From Octopus vulgaris (lineage: Eukaryota): a stretch of 64,000 nucleotides of DNA. The notes under the pieces are model-generated. The model had not been told where the DNA came from. It saw nothing but the letters and a program-made list of their open reading frames with translations, and searched no databases. Location of the stretch: NCBI GenBank assembly GCA_951406725.2, contig OX597840.1, positions 21,452,001 through 21,516,000 of the forward strand, in the 5' to 3' direction. Of the stretch, positions 1-12,987 are shown piece after piece. Every line of letters begins with the position of its first letter. Position 1 is the stretch's first letter. Position numbers and translations under genes: made by a program.

Positions 1-920
1 TGTAGCGGGTGTTTTTTACGTGCCACCTGCACAGGTGCCAGACAGAGCTGGCGAACGGCCACGAACGGATGGTGCTTTTACGTGTCACCGGCACGGGGCC
101 AGGCGATGCTGGCAACGGACACGAACGGATGGTGCTTTTACGTGCCACCGACACGGGGCCAGACAGAGCTGGCAACCGGCCACGAACGGACGGTGCTTTT
201 ACGTGTCACCGGCACGGGGGCCAGCCGAGGCTGGCAACGGACGCGAACGGATGGTGCTTTTACGCGCCACCGACACGGGGCCAGACAGAGCTGGCAAACG
301 GCCACGAACGGATGGTGCTTCTACGTGCCACCGACACGGGGCCAGACAGAGCTGGCAACCGGCCACGAACGGACAGTGCTTTTACGTGTCACCGGCACGG
401 GTGCCAGCCGAGGCTGGCAACGGACGCGAACGGATGGTGCTTTTACGCGCCACCGACACGGGGCCAGACAGAGCTGGCAAACGGCCACGAACGGATGGTG
501 CTTTTACGTGCCACCGACACGGGGCCAGACAGAGCTGGCAACCGGCCACGAACGGACGGTGCTTTTACGTGTCACCGGCACGGGGGCCAGCCGAGGCTGG
601 CAACGGACGCGAACGGATGGTGCTTTTACGCGCCACCGACACGGGGCCAGACAGAGCTGGCAAACGGCCACGAACGGATGGTGCTTCTACGTGCCACCGA
701 CACGGGGCCAGACAGAGCTGGCAACCGGCCACGAACGGACGGTGCTTTTACGTGTCACCGGCACGGGGCCAGGCGAGGCTGGCAACGAACACGAACGGAT
801 GGTGCTTTTACGTGCCACCTACACGGGGCCAGGCAGAGCTGGCAAACGGCCATGAGCGAATGGTGCTTTTACGTATCACCGGCACGGGTGCCAGACGAGG
901 CTGACAGCGGTCACGAACGG
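1..920. repeat. Tandem array of about 15 monomers of 60-61 bp with a 183-bp (A-B-C) higher-order period, inside the 3' UTR of an RTE LINE
   Basis: Units begin (A/G)CGAACGGA(T/C)GGTGCTTTTACG at 61,121,182,243,304,365,426,487,548,609,670,731,791,852,913; the ORFs here repeat every 61 aa. Confidence 0.92.
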
Positions 921-974
921 ATGGGTCACTTAACCCCTGCTTTCTGATATATGATGTGATTTTGATTGTTCTCA

Positions 975-1574
975 CTGGTCTTGCCGGGTCTTCTCACGCA
1001 CAGTATACTTCCATAGGTCTCAGTCTCTGGTCATTTCCTTGGTGAGACCTAGAGTTCGAAGGTCGTGCTTCACCACCTCGACCCAGGTTTTCCTGGGTCT
1101 ACCTCTTCCACAGGTCCCCTCAACTGCCAGGGTGTGGCACTTTTTCACACACCTATCTTCATCCATTCTCACCACATGACCATACCAGCACAATCGTCTC
1201 TCTTGCACACAACATCTGATTCCTCTTAGGTCCAACTTTTCTCTCAAGGTACTTACACTCTGTCGACTATGAACACTGACATTACACATCAAACGGAGCA
1301 TACTAGCTTCATTTCTCGCGAGCTTACGCATGTCCTCAGCAGTCACGGCCCATGTTTCACTGCCATGTAGCATGGCTGTTCGTACACATGCATCATACAG
1401 TCTGCCTTTTACTCTGAGCGAGAGGCCTTTAGTCACCAACAGAGGTAAGAGCTCCCTAAACTTTGCCCAGGCTATTCTTACTCTAGCCGTTACACTTTCA
1501 GCACACCCACCCCCACTACTGACTTGGTCACCAAGATAACGGAAGCTATCAACTACTTCTAGTTTTTCCCCCAT
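975..1574 (-). mobile_element. 5'-truncated RTE-clade LINE, ORF2 C-terminal part
   Basis: [13 protein letters not shown]...[10 protein letters not shown]...AMLHGSETW...[12 protein letters not shown]...GRGRPRKTW, typical post-RT RTE motifs; 5' junction abuts (TA)n. Confidence 0.9.
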
Positions 1575-1595
1575 ATATATATAAACACACACATG

Positions 1596-1631
<36 letters not shown>

Positions 1632-1886
1632 TGTGTATATATATATATATACACACATACATACACACAGACACACACAAACATATGTATATATGCATAT
1701 ACGTAAATGTATGTTTGTGTATGCATATATACATATATATACATATATATATATACATATATACATATATATACATATATATATACATATATATATACAT
1801 ATATATATACATATATATATTCATATATATATACATATATATATATACATATATATATTCATATATATATACATATATATATATAC

Positions 1887-1917
<31 letters not shown>

Positions 1918-1966
1918 CATATATATATACATATATATACATATATACATATACATATATATATTC

Positions 1967-2019
<53 letters not shown>

Positions 2020-2143
2020 CATATACATATATATATGTATATATATATATATATATACATATATATGTATGTATATATATATACATATACATATGTATGT
2101 ATATATATATACATATATATACATATACATATATATACATATT

Positions 2144-2193
<50 letters not shown>

Positions 2194-2245
2194 CATATAC
2201 ATATATAAATATATACATATATACACACACACACACACACATACA
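1575..2245. repeat. Long (TA)n/(TACA)n/(CA)n compound microsatellite
   Basis: Seen directly; source of the YI-rich spurious ORFs. Confidence 0.97.
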
Positions 2246-3229
2246 TGTCATCATTATCTATATTTCCATCCATTCACATGCAAATACAACATATTTATGT
2301 CTTCATCATCATATAAATGTATTTATCTTCATCATCCTCCTCCTCATCATCTTTGTATAAACACCCAATTTTCCACGCTCGCAATTGGTCAAATGCAACT
2401 TAGTGAGGCAGATTGTCTGTGGCCAAATGCCCTTGCTGTTGTCAACCCTCACCCTTTTCTATGGGGGTCATGTTCTCCCCTTGATTAAATGTGTTTTCAT
2501 GGTACGTCGGAAACAAAGGAAACTGCTAACATGATGGTGACGTTCTTTTACAACTATTATACAATGGTCACAACAAGAAGGCACAACCCCCCCCACCACC
2601 ACCAACACCACATCCATATATACATTCATGCATATATCATCATCATTACCAACTGGCATTAAATCTTCCTGCTGGATTCCCAAGCGTCACCAAACTGAGA
2701 CAATGGCTATTATCCAACCGTTTTGTTCTCAGTCTTACCTTTAAGTCTCCTGCCAGATGACTTACCTCAAGGAACCCATCTTGGAATTCTATCCTGCAAC
2801 ATTCAAATCACGTGTCTCTTGTACCAGAGCTCTGATCTCTCAATGCAGAAAAGTATTACCGCCATGTACCTATCATCATCATCATCATCGTTTAATGTCC
2901 ATTGTCCATGCTGGCATGGGTTGCACAGTTTGACCACAGCTGGCTAGCTGGGGAGCTGCACCAGGTTCCAGTCTGATTGGAGCTGGTTTCTACAGCTGGA
3001 TGCCCTTCCTAATGCCAAACCCTTTACTGTGTGTGCTGGGTGCTTTTAATGTGACACTGCTACAGATACTGTTATGGGGTACCAGCACAGGAGCCATCAG
3101 ATGGTGCTGCAACAGGTGCATTTTACACGGTGCCAGCACAGGTGCTTTCTACATGGCACCAACATAGGACTCTTGTAGGCCAAAACCCTTCATCAGGACG
3201 AGGAACAGCATTAACACTGAGGAGGGAAC

Positions 3230-3475
3230 CAGTTTCCAACAAAGATACAAGGCTCCATCCTTGGGATGCAGTTAACACAGACAAATTCACATTTGGGAAT
3301 TGAGAAAAGTCTTGCACATTTTTACTGTTCCACTCACAGATTGCACTTGTACTGTACGAATTAACCGGTCAATATCTCTCTCTAAAAATCCCAGTTCATC
3401 CAGATTCTCCTTTAAGCATTTACTAATAAAACCTAGTGCTCCAATTATTATTGGTATGAATATGAATTCATAGTC
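3230..3475 (-). mobile_element. 3' fragment of a LINE with a restriction-like endonuclease (R4/Dong or NeSL-like)
   Basis: FIPIIIGALGFISKCLKENLDELG...VQSVSGTVKMCKTFL resembles the C-terminal PIVIGALG motif of such LINEs. Confidence 0.65.
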
Positions 3476-4155
3476 TGTGTGTGTGTGGTGTGTATGCATG
3501 TATGTGTGTGCCTGCGTGCATGTGTGTGTGTGTGGTTGTGTTATATTTGTCCCTCACCACTGTATTATAGCCGGTGTTGGTTTATTTACAGTTTACGTTT
3601 ACAAACTAGTTGTTCGGAAAAAGAGACTGATGAAAAAAGTACTGAAGGATAAGTAATGAAGACGATTTGTTCGACAAAAGCCGTTGAGGCGGTGCTCCAG
3701 TAAGGCCGCAGACCAACGACTGAAGTTTTTAAAAAATAGACTTGTATCAGCCAGTGACAGACGTATATCCCCTCTCATCCATAAAATTAATGCAGATATG
3801 AAACTAAGGGAAATAACTCCGATACGATGTGGATAATCTCCCTTGGTGCCACATGCCGCAGATGCCAACATTTTGCCTACAGCAGGGCTCCCCAAAATGT
3901 TTTCACTCGCGGCACAGTTATGTTCTCTTCAAAATTCGGCGGCACACCCAAACAAAAATATAACTAAAAGTATGGAGGTGGGGTGTATTATATTCAGGTT
4001 ACACTGCGGCACACCTAGTATCGTCTCGTGTGCCGCTCCATACAGAGTGAGGGGCTTCAGTATGGATGTCCATTCTAGCATGGGCAAGTCAGGATTTAAC
4101 AAGTCAGAAGACTGTGCCATGCTCCAATGCCTACTTTTGAATGGTTTCCATGGAT

Positions 4156-4356
4156 CAGTGCTTTTCAAACTTTTTGCTGGAGCGGAACCCCAAGGAAACA
4201 TTCCACTGGCTCGAGGAACCCCTGTACAATAATTTAATAGTCTCATGCACACATATCTGCACAGGAGAATTAAAAATTACTGCCGATTTTAGCAGTTTTG
4301 TAACTTCTTGCGGAACCCCTGGACTGTACTGGCGGAACCCTGGTTGAAAATCACTG
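4156..4356. mobile_element. hAT-type MITE, 201 bp
   Basis: CAGTG...CACTG termini; perfect 8-bp TSD CCATGGAT at 4148-4155 and 4357-4364. Confidence 0.9.
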
Positions 4357-4601
4357 CCATGGATGAATGTCCTTCTTAACACCAACCACCTTACACAGTG
4401 TACTGGGTGACCTTTTGCAGTTTTTTCTCATGGAACCAGCACTTGTGAGAATCCTTTCATAACTTGAAAAGCTAAAGTCCTAAAGGGATCCCAATAGCTG
4501 AAGGAGAAGGGAAGAGAGACTGTAGGATGATTCTAGATGGGTAAGATGAGAGGAACAGATTTATAATTCCAAAAAAGAACGGTAGTGGAAAGTGTAAACC
4601 C

Positions 4602-4802
4602 CAGTGCTTTTCAAACTTTTTGCTGGAGCAGAACCCCAAGGAAACATTCCACTGGCTCGAGGAACCCCTGTGCAATAATTTAATAGTCTTTTGCACACAT
4701 ATCTGCACAGGAGAATTAAAAATTACTGCCGATTTTAGCAGTTTTGTAACTTCTTGCGGAACCCCTGGACTGTACTAGCGGGATCCTGGTTGAAAACCAC
4801 TG
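4602..4802. mobile_element. Second copy of the same hAT MITE
   Basis: Near-identical to 4156-4356; different, imperfect flanks. Confidence 0.88.
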
Positions 4803-4950
4803 GTATAGACATTGTATATAGGTGCACGTGTACATACAAAAGGAAAAAAGAGGCCAATACAGGGTGTAGGGTTTGTATTAGCAGGGGGTAGTTTGTGACT
4901 GAAGCATTCGTCACTCCGAGTCTTATTAGCACAAAAGCATGTGTCTAATC

Positions 4951-6017
4951 CAGTGTTTCTCAACCATTGTTTTTTATCTATGGTCCCTTTCGATTCCTAT
5001 TTTACATGGGTGGACCCTCATAGCCATTCAATGTTTTAAAAATCCTATTAGACAGGGTGGGTCAAAAGTCACACACAAAGGAAGTTCAAATACACTCTGG
5101 AATTGTCAAAGACATGCTTCAATATTTCTAAAATTGAATAAAACGAATAAAATAATGATGAATACAAATGCAAACGAAATTATTATTATAATTAATAATA
5201 AATAATAAATAATAATAATAATAATAATAAAAAGTGCCCTGAAGCAGTACCAGGCAGTGGCTCTCATGGCTTCTGATCTTAACTGATTGGAAGTGTCATC
5301 ATGTACATTGTTTTGTCTTGGTATAAAAGATGAACTTACAGCAAATATTCTGCTCAATACCACAGATTTGCTTGTTAGTTGTTTGACCTTAACCAGTTGA
5401 GCATGTCCCTTAGTGGCTGACGATATGTGCATCTCTGATCACGAGCAGAAGTAGTGGGGGGGGGGCATCATAGCCATGTGTTGAGAGGGATTCTTTGGGG
5501 TTTGAATAATTCACCTCTGGAAACATGGGTGGTTTTTTCAACATCCTTAAACAACCCTTATTCAGGGACCTTTTGAGTGGGATGGGTTACTCGACCAGAA
5601 GAAAATTCTAACTGGGCTCCACCTGCAAGGTCATGTGCTGTTTATCTTGATATGAGATCACCATGTCATGCAAATATGGTTGTGATGCATGTGCCTGGTG
5701 TACCCTTATCAGACAGGTAGTCATGATGGGTATATTGGGCTTCGTATATTTTACCCCAGTGTCTCTTTGATGGTATGCACTGCTCTCTCACTCAATAATA
5801 ATAATAACAATAACATAAAATTGCAAATGTTTGGTGCGTGACTTTTGGCCCACCTTTTCTTTTTATAATTAAATTTTTTAGGAATTGTATTTTTAAAATT
5901 GTTAAGATATTTTGTGCATTGTAGAAGTATAACCAACTTATTGCACATGAGTTTTAACAACAAAATCTTGTATGGAACTCCAAGGGCCGCCATATGGACT
6001 CTGGTCAAGAACCACAG
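4951..6017. mobile_element. hAT-type non-autonomous element with nested insertions
   Basis: CAGTGTTTCTCAACC...GGTCAAGAACCACAG termini; flanks GTCTAATC/ATCTAATC (7/8 TSD match); contains an (AAT)n-flanked segment at about 5233-5795. Confidence 0.65.
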
Positions 6018-6944
6018 ATCTAATCAGTTATACATATCTATATAGATGAAACCTCAACTGCCTCGCGACTTGAAAGCTGGGTTTTTATTAGTTATTAGTA
6101 AACTTAGTAATTGGTTGAAACTTAGTAATTGGTTGAAAGAGGTATCAAGGTAAAAAAATTACTGCCCAAATCTGATATTAAAAACAGTGCAGTGAACAAG
6201 CCAGGTTGTAAAGATGCAACCAGCTGAGCGCTGATGGCAAACTCGGCTAATACCGACTTTCGTCAACAAGGGAGATAACTCTAGCCTTTCCACGGTATCA
6301 TTTCCCCAGTCAGACGGCTGGAGCTAATCCATTAATATCCTTCTGCACTGAAAGTAACTCAGGAGCAATACCCTTCAGTGAGGGTAATTAGAAATCAGTT
6401 CTGATATCAGGGGCTGCTTGGGGAGATGTAGTTTCTAAGGCAGGGCTTGCAATTACCATTTTACAGGCATATAAGACCCACTTCCTTCTACTTTAAAATG
6501 TATCAGAAAACAGTGCTGTGTCTAATGTAGGCACATCACGGATGGGAGACCGAGTGTTGTACGCTAGGGTGCCGCAGATGAGCCCCAGTCCACTGGGCAC
6601 AACATTCTTTGACACCAATAATAAAATATGGAAAACAAACCGAAATATCACAGGCTGTCAACACAAACTTATGAAAAATTACCCTCACCCTAACCCTTAC
6701 TTGTTTCAAGTAATTCAACTGTGACCAAGCTGGGGCACCGCCTTCAAGAATTTTTAGTTGAACGGATCAGCCCAGTGCTTACTTCAGTTTTTTTTCTTTT
6801 TTTTCCTTGTTAAACCCGGGTCTTTTTCTATTGGTCTCTTCTGCAGAACTGCTAAGTTATGGGGATGTAAACACACCAACACTGGTTGTCAGGTAGCAGT
6901 CGGGGACAAACAGGCGTGCACACACACACACACACAAAATATAT

Positions 6945-7130
6945 ATTGGGAGAGCTTACGGAAAAAAACAAAAGACGAAGACAGGTGGTGTACAAAACAA
7001 ACAGATGTATTAGTATAAATGCTCAGGAATAGAAAAAGTCTTTTACATTTTGAGCCTACGCTCTTCTACAGAAAGGGATACAGAAAACAAGGAGAGAAAA
7101 AAATGTGTGTAGTGGCTAACGATCTATCAT
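6945..7130 (-). mobile_element. Short PLE-like element with a degenerate hammerhead motif (7039-7076); same family as 56545-56755
   Basis: Reverse strand CTTT-CTGTAGA-A-GAGC-GTAG-GCTC-AAA-ATGT-A-AAAG; flanked by (CA)n/(TA)n. Confidence 0.7.
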
Positions 7131-7999
7131 ATCTATATATATATAGATGGTTGGCGTTAGGAAGGGCATCCAGCTGTAAAAACACTGCCAGATCAGACTG
7201 GAGCCTGGTGCAGCCCCTGGCTTCCCAGACCCCGGTCGAACCGTCCAATCCGTGCTAGCGTGGAAAACGGACGCTAAACGATGATGATGATGATATATAT
7301 ATATATACACGACAGGCTTCTTTCAGTTTTCGTCTACCAAATCTACTCACAAGGTTTCATCGTGACACAGTGTGACAAGGCTGGCCCTTTCAATTACAGG
7401 TATAACAGTTTTGCCAGCTGAGTGGACTGGAGTATGAAATAAAATGTCTTGCTCAAGGATACGATGCCCCACCAGGAATTGAACTCCCGACCTTACAATC
7501 TTCAGCTAGACACTCTAACCACCAAGCTACGTGGACAAAACTTTCAGCTTTATACTCGTTACAGAATATGCATCAACACACCTGGATTAAGATTTTAATT
7601 CACTCCTTCCATCAAATTGATGTTGTCTGAACAGGTGCATTGTGTGCCACACATCAGGTGTTGAAGTAATCACAGAATAAACGTGAGATGAAGTGTTTTG
7701 CTCAAGAACCCAATGCAGTACCCGGTCTAGGGATTGAAACCACGATCTAGTGTTTGGGAGTGCAACCCACTAACCACCAGGCAATGCACCTTCAAAAGTT
7801 GCCAAGGTACCAAATGGAAATTCACACAGAGGAAAGCTGAGAGTTTGTTTATTAGAATAGGAAGTTTGTGTTGCACTTGAAAGCTCGTCAACCAGTCGGG
7901 AAAAACAATGGGCAAAGAACTGAATGTGCTGAAGTGGCTGAGAGATGCTTGCAAGAACAGCACTTGTACTTAAGAACCAAGGGATATACTACTACTACT

Positions 8000-8860
8000 G
8001 ACAGCTGTGTGAAGTGTCACACTCTAATGGGGGAGGGAACCTGTGGGAGAGGTAACCCCAAGAAGACATGGGATGAGGTAATGGAGCACGATTTACGAAT
8101 GTTGGCCCTCACAGATGCAATGACAAGCGAATGAGACCTTTGAAGATATGCTGTGCTTGAGAAGACCCATCAAGCTATGTGGGATCATAAATGTGGTCAA
8201 TGCCGGTGTTGTTTAACTGACCTGTTAAAAGCACCCTTCAGTTGTTGGATGATATGTTGTGCTGTTGTTGTTGTTGTTAAGCAACAAGACGGGTAAGGGT
8301 GATTAGGTGATGGTGTAGGGCTTAGGGGCGGGAGAACCCAGACCTTGGGAAAAAAAAAAAACTTTGGTTGTCATGTTGTAGTCGAGGGCACTTTGTTGAC
8401 ACCTGACACCACTGGGCGGTGGCCCTCGAAGTCGCTGGAAGTGGAGATCTCCAGGTCCAAATTCTTGAACGGTTATGCTGTGCTTGTGAAAACCTCGTAG
8501 TTGTAGCCGATGCTGGTGACACGTAAAAAGTACTATTTACGTGTTGGGCCTCATGGAGACAGTGACAGGTGACCAACACCCTTGGTGATATACCGTGGTT
8601 GTGTTGACCTATGAAGCCAAGTGAGACTGTAGTCGTGGTCAATGCCAGTGTCAGGTCAATGGTACCTGTGCTGGTGGCATGTAAAAAGCACCCACTACAC
8701 TCCAAGATTGATTGGTGTTAGGAAGGGCATCCAGCCATAGAAACCTTACCAAATCAGATTGGAACAAAGTGCAGCCCTCTGGCTTACTAGTTTGCAGTTA
8801 AACCGTCCAACCCATGCAGCATAAAAAGCAGATGTTTGATGATGATGATGATGATGATGG
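8000..8860 (+). mobile_element. Old RTE LINE 3' end with (GAT)n tail
   Basis: DSCVKCHTLMGEGTCGRGNPKKTWDEV followed by the shared tail GTTAGGAAGGGCATCCAGC...GATGATGAT. Confidence 0.75.
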
Positions 8861-10907
8861 TGTGTGTGTGTGTGTGTCTCTGAGTCTGTTTTTGTCCCCC
8901 ACAACCTCTTGACAACCAGTGTGGGTGTCTTTATATCCCTGTAAATTAGTAGTTCAGCAAAAGAGCCCAATAAAATAAGTATCAGGCTCAAAAAATAATT
9001 TTTTTTTTTAATTAAGTTTTGGGGTCAATTTCTTTAACTAAAACCCTTCAAGTGCCCCAGCATGGCTGCAATCCAATGACTGAAACAAGGAAAGAGTGAA
9101 AGATTCTGACACACAACATCTCACACCTGACAGAATCCAAATTCAATGTTATTTTTTATGTAATACAAAAAATAAAGTTTCACATTCTGCCAAAAAGCCA
9201 GCAGTTTTAGTGGGGGGAAGGGAGTCAGTCAATTACATTAACCCCAGAACATGACTGGTATTTATTTTCTTTATCCCAAAAGGATAAAAGGCAAAATTGA
9301 CCACAGCAGTATTTGAAATCAGAATGTAAAGCACTAGAAGAATTGCTCCTAAGTAGTTTACCTGATGTACTACTAATGGTTCTGCTAGCTTACTGTCTTC
9401 ATCACAGGTGAAGGTGCATGGCTTAGTGGTTAAGGTGCTGGACTCATGATTGTAAGATTGTGGTTTCGATTCCTGGACCAGGCAATGCATTGTGTTCTTG
9501 AACAAAGCACTTCATTTCACATTGCTCCAGTCCACTCGGCTGGCAAAAATGAGTTAATCCTCTGACAGACTGGCATCCCATCCAGGGGAATAATATCTAT
9601 GCCATGGAAACTGGCCCTTCTGAGTTGGTATGTCTCCGTCGTCATCGTCATCATCATCATTTAATGCCAATTTCCCATGCTGGCATGGGTTGGATGGTTT
9701 GGCAGGAGCTGGCAAACCAGGGAGCTGCACCTGGCTTCACTGTCCGTTTTGACATGGTTTCCATGGTTGGATGCCCCTCTTAATGCCAACCACAGAGTGG
9801 ACTGAGTGCTTTTTACATGGTACCAGCACCAGCGAGGTCTGTTTTGGCATGTTCTAACAAATGGATGCCCTTTCCAAATGCCAATCACTTTACAGCATGG
9901 ACTGGATGCTTTTTATGTGGCACCAGCACTGGCAGGGTCACCAAGTAACTTTGTAAGACAAAGACCCATTGAGGTGGGGAATATTGGAGGAGGCGACCTT
10001 GTGCCAGGTGATGAGAAGTCAGAGTGTGACAGACGGGTAGGAACAGGTGTCTTGCTGTAGAGGAGGTACATGGTTACCCAAGTCAGTGGGAGAGAGAGAG
10101 AGAGAGTGGAAGAGAGAGAGAGAGAGAGAGGAAGAGAGAGAGAGTGGAAGAAAGTGAGAGTGTTATAGTGCAAGAGAGAGAAGGGTGAGAGTGAGAGAGA
10201 GAAAGAGATGGTGGGAAAGTGCCAGGACATACCCTTAAGGTACAAGGATCAGAATATAAATCAGATGGTTGTGTATTGCAAAGGGTTACACGAGTAGGGT
10301 GTAGGGACTTCACATGAATGCAAAGAGTGGAGAGTGGGGATGGGATGCCCAGCTGGACTGGGCTGGGCTGGACTGGCTCCTGTGCAGGTGGCACATAAAA
10401 AACATCATTTGAGCGTGACTGTTGCCAGTACCACCTGACTGACCCTCGTGCCGGTAGCATGTAAAAGCACCCACTACACTCTCGGAGTGGTTGGCGTTAG
10501 GAAGGGCATCCAGATGTAGAAACTCTGCAGATCAGACTGGAGCCTGGTGCAGCCTCCTGGCTTCCTAGACCCCGGTCGAACCGTCCAACCCGTGCTAGCA
10601 TGGAAAGCGGACGTTAAATGATGACGATGACTATAAGCACAAGGCCAGAAAGTTTTAGCAAAAGGGGACAAGTAAATAGCATCAACCCCTGTACTCAACT
10701 GTTAGCTTATTTTATCAACCCTGAAAGAATGAAAGGAAAAGTTGCCTTTGGCAGAATTTGAACTCAGAATGTACAGAGTCAGAAGAAAGGTTACTAAGCA
10801 GTTTGTCTGACACATAATACAACTCTGCCAGCTCCCCCCCCCCCCCACTTCATCCAAAAACTAATGAAAGAAGCAAAATAATAATAATAACCAAAATTAA
10901 GAATTAC

Positions 10908-11027
10908 CTTTTTCTCCATATATGGCCCTTGCATTGATGGCACCCTGTTATCATATTGTCTGTGTTGGTTGAGCCTATCAACCCCTGGAGGGCCATCAAC
11001 AGGGCTCTGGGAAGCATACCCATCCAT
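10908..11027 (-). CDS. Probable first coding segment of an unidentified minus-strand gene (MDGYASQSPVDGPPGVDRLNQHRQYDNRVPSMQGPYMEKK); exon including UTR about 10908-11369
   Basis: Unique non-repetitive sequence; phase-0 donor AAG|GTAATT at 10907; acceptor TCTTATTTCAG| at 11370; no further coding exons recognised in the window. Confidence 0.5.
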
Positions 11028-11605
11028 ATGAAAATGATTAATGGTTCCTCACCAATAACATTGGGTTGGCGCAGAAGAATGTGAAAATCACAAGAATTAC
11101 CGAAAGCACTTTCGTCCTCCCTCACAGAATTCAAAGGATTTGTTGAAAGCCTTTTTTCTTTTTTGGTTTTGGTTTTATTTCAATTAATTTTTTCTCTCCT
11201 TTTTGTCTTGACTATTTTTATTTTATTTTTCTTAATTTTCCATTTGTATGGTTAACAAGACACAGAAGATTTTTGCCTCGTCTTTGAGGATATCTGGTTT
11301 CCGTTTTATATCTAAATTCTTGATGGTCTCATCAGACTGCAAAGAAGCCTCTCACTTGTAGCTCTCAATCTGAAATAAGAAATCAATTTAGTATTAGTTA
11401 AACAATAACAACAAAAAACATCATTTTACTTTATAATTTACTGATTTACTGGAAGACAGCCATTTTACTTGGCTTGACATGTCTCATCAAGTACAGCAAA
11501 TTGCCACATCTCTCAACCCCTTGTCATCTCCTCAATGAAGCCCAACATCTGAAGATTCTTTCTCACGACTTAGCCCCACGTCTTCCTAGGTTTACCCCTT
11601 CCACA

Positions 11606-12026
11606 GATACCTATTTCTTTACTACCCACAAGGGGCTAAACACAGAGGGGTCAAACAAGGAGAGACAAACGGATTCAGTCGATTACATCGACCCCAGTGC
11701 GTAACTGGTACTTAATTTATCGATCCTGAAAGGATGAAAGGCAAAGTCAACCTCAGCAGAATTTGAACTCAGAACATAGCAGACGAAATACCTATTTCTT
11801 TACTACCCACAAGGGGCTAAACACAGAGGGGTCAAACAAGGACAGACAAATGGATTAAGTCGATTACATCGACTCCAGTGCGTAACTGGTACTTAATTTA
11901 TCGACCCCAAAAGGATGAAAGGCAAAGTCGACCTCGGCGGAATTTGAACTCAGAACGTAATTGCAGACGAAATTCAGCTACGCATTTCGTCCGGCGTGCT
12001 AACGATTCTGCCAGCTCACCGCCTTA
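11606..12026 (-). mobile_element. tRNA-derived SINE with a Meta-domain-like core and a tandemly duplicated 3' part; related copies near 9230, 10680, 13711, 15470, 22790, 42910, 47640, 52275, 62820
   Basis: Core GCCTTTCATCCTTT(C/T)GGGGTCGATAAATTAAGTACCAG; head GGCGGTGAGCTGGCAGAATCG with B-box-like GAGTTCAAATTCC. Confidence 0.8.
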
Positions 12027-12987
12027 TTCCACAGATATCCTCCACAATTAAAGCTTGGCACTTCTTTATGCAGCTCTCCTCATCCATACACATCACATGA
12101 CCAAACCATTTCAGTCCCCTCTCTTGCACACAACATCTGATGCTTCTTGTCCCCAGTTTTCCTCTTAAACCATTTACACTCCGTCACGCATGCACACTGG
12201 CGTTACCCATCCACTGGAACCAGCATTAATACAAAAAAGGATAATATTTTTTCCCCTGCCTAAAAGGGAATGCTGTGTTAGAACACAGAATACTGCAATA
12301 GTTTACCACGAGAGAACTTCTCATGCAGACTTGTGGTGCAGATAAGAACTTGTGATTTCTTTTTCCTTTTCATGTAATCAACCTAATTAGGAATTCCTTC
12401 TGTATTGGTCTAAATAGTGTCAGTGTAACAAGTTGTGTCATTCACTCTCATTTTTTAACCAAGCCTCTTAATCTCTGTCATGTGGGAAGGTTATGAGCGT
12501 GAACAATGCTGTGTACGAATATCAAAGGATTGCCCCAAAATACATCTCTGCAAAAATTCCATTAAAAAAAAAAAACATTTTCTAGTAAGTTGTGCAGAAA
12601 CAAGTCGGAAGGAGCTATTTTAATATAGTATAATAGTTGGCCTTCTTGTTGCACCCTCTTAAACATCTCACATCCCGGGTAGGAACCCCTTTTCTACATA
12701 GTCACCAAACTAGTCAAATCTGAGCCTCTACATGGTCATTCAAACTACAAGAAACAGTAGCTGAATCTCCCTTAAATCACTATCCTTTATAGAAGCAAAA
12801 GATACATTAATGTAGTTGGAGACGCCTCCAAAAGAGATGGGTGGCCATGACAGGAATGTCTTTGATTATGGGTCTACTCAATCAAGGTTAACTTGGGGTT
12901 AAATAACAAAACCTAGCAAAATTTCTCTCAACAAAGTCACGACCATCTTAAAAAAGAGGGTCACATGTTTTAAGGGGTACCCAAACT

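Noticed and set aside
1-920. CRISPR-like array or a repeat protein (ORFs in three frames)
   Set aside because: The would-be spacers are near-identical, there are no cas genes and the context is a eukaryotic LINE; the ORFs arise from stop-free repeat units
1549-2488. Long YI/YT/LSIY/H-rich ORFs here and throughout the window
   Set aside because: Translations of (TA)n, (CA)n, (GATA)n and (CAT)n microsatellites
6371-6389. Resemblance to the T3 phage promoter (vector contamination)
   Set aside because: Imperfect match with no adjacent polylinker or vector sequence; probably chance
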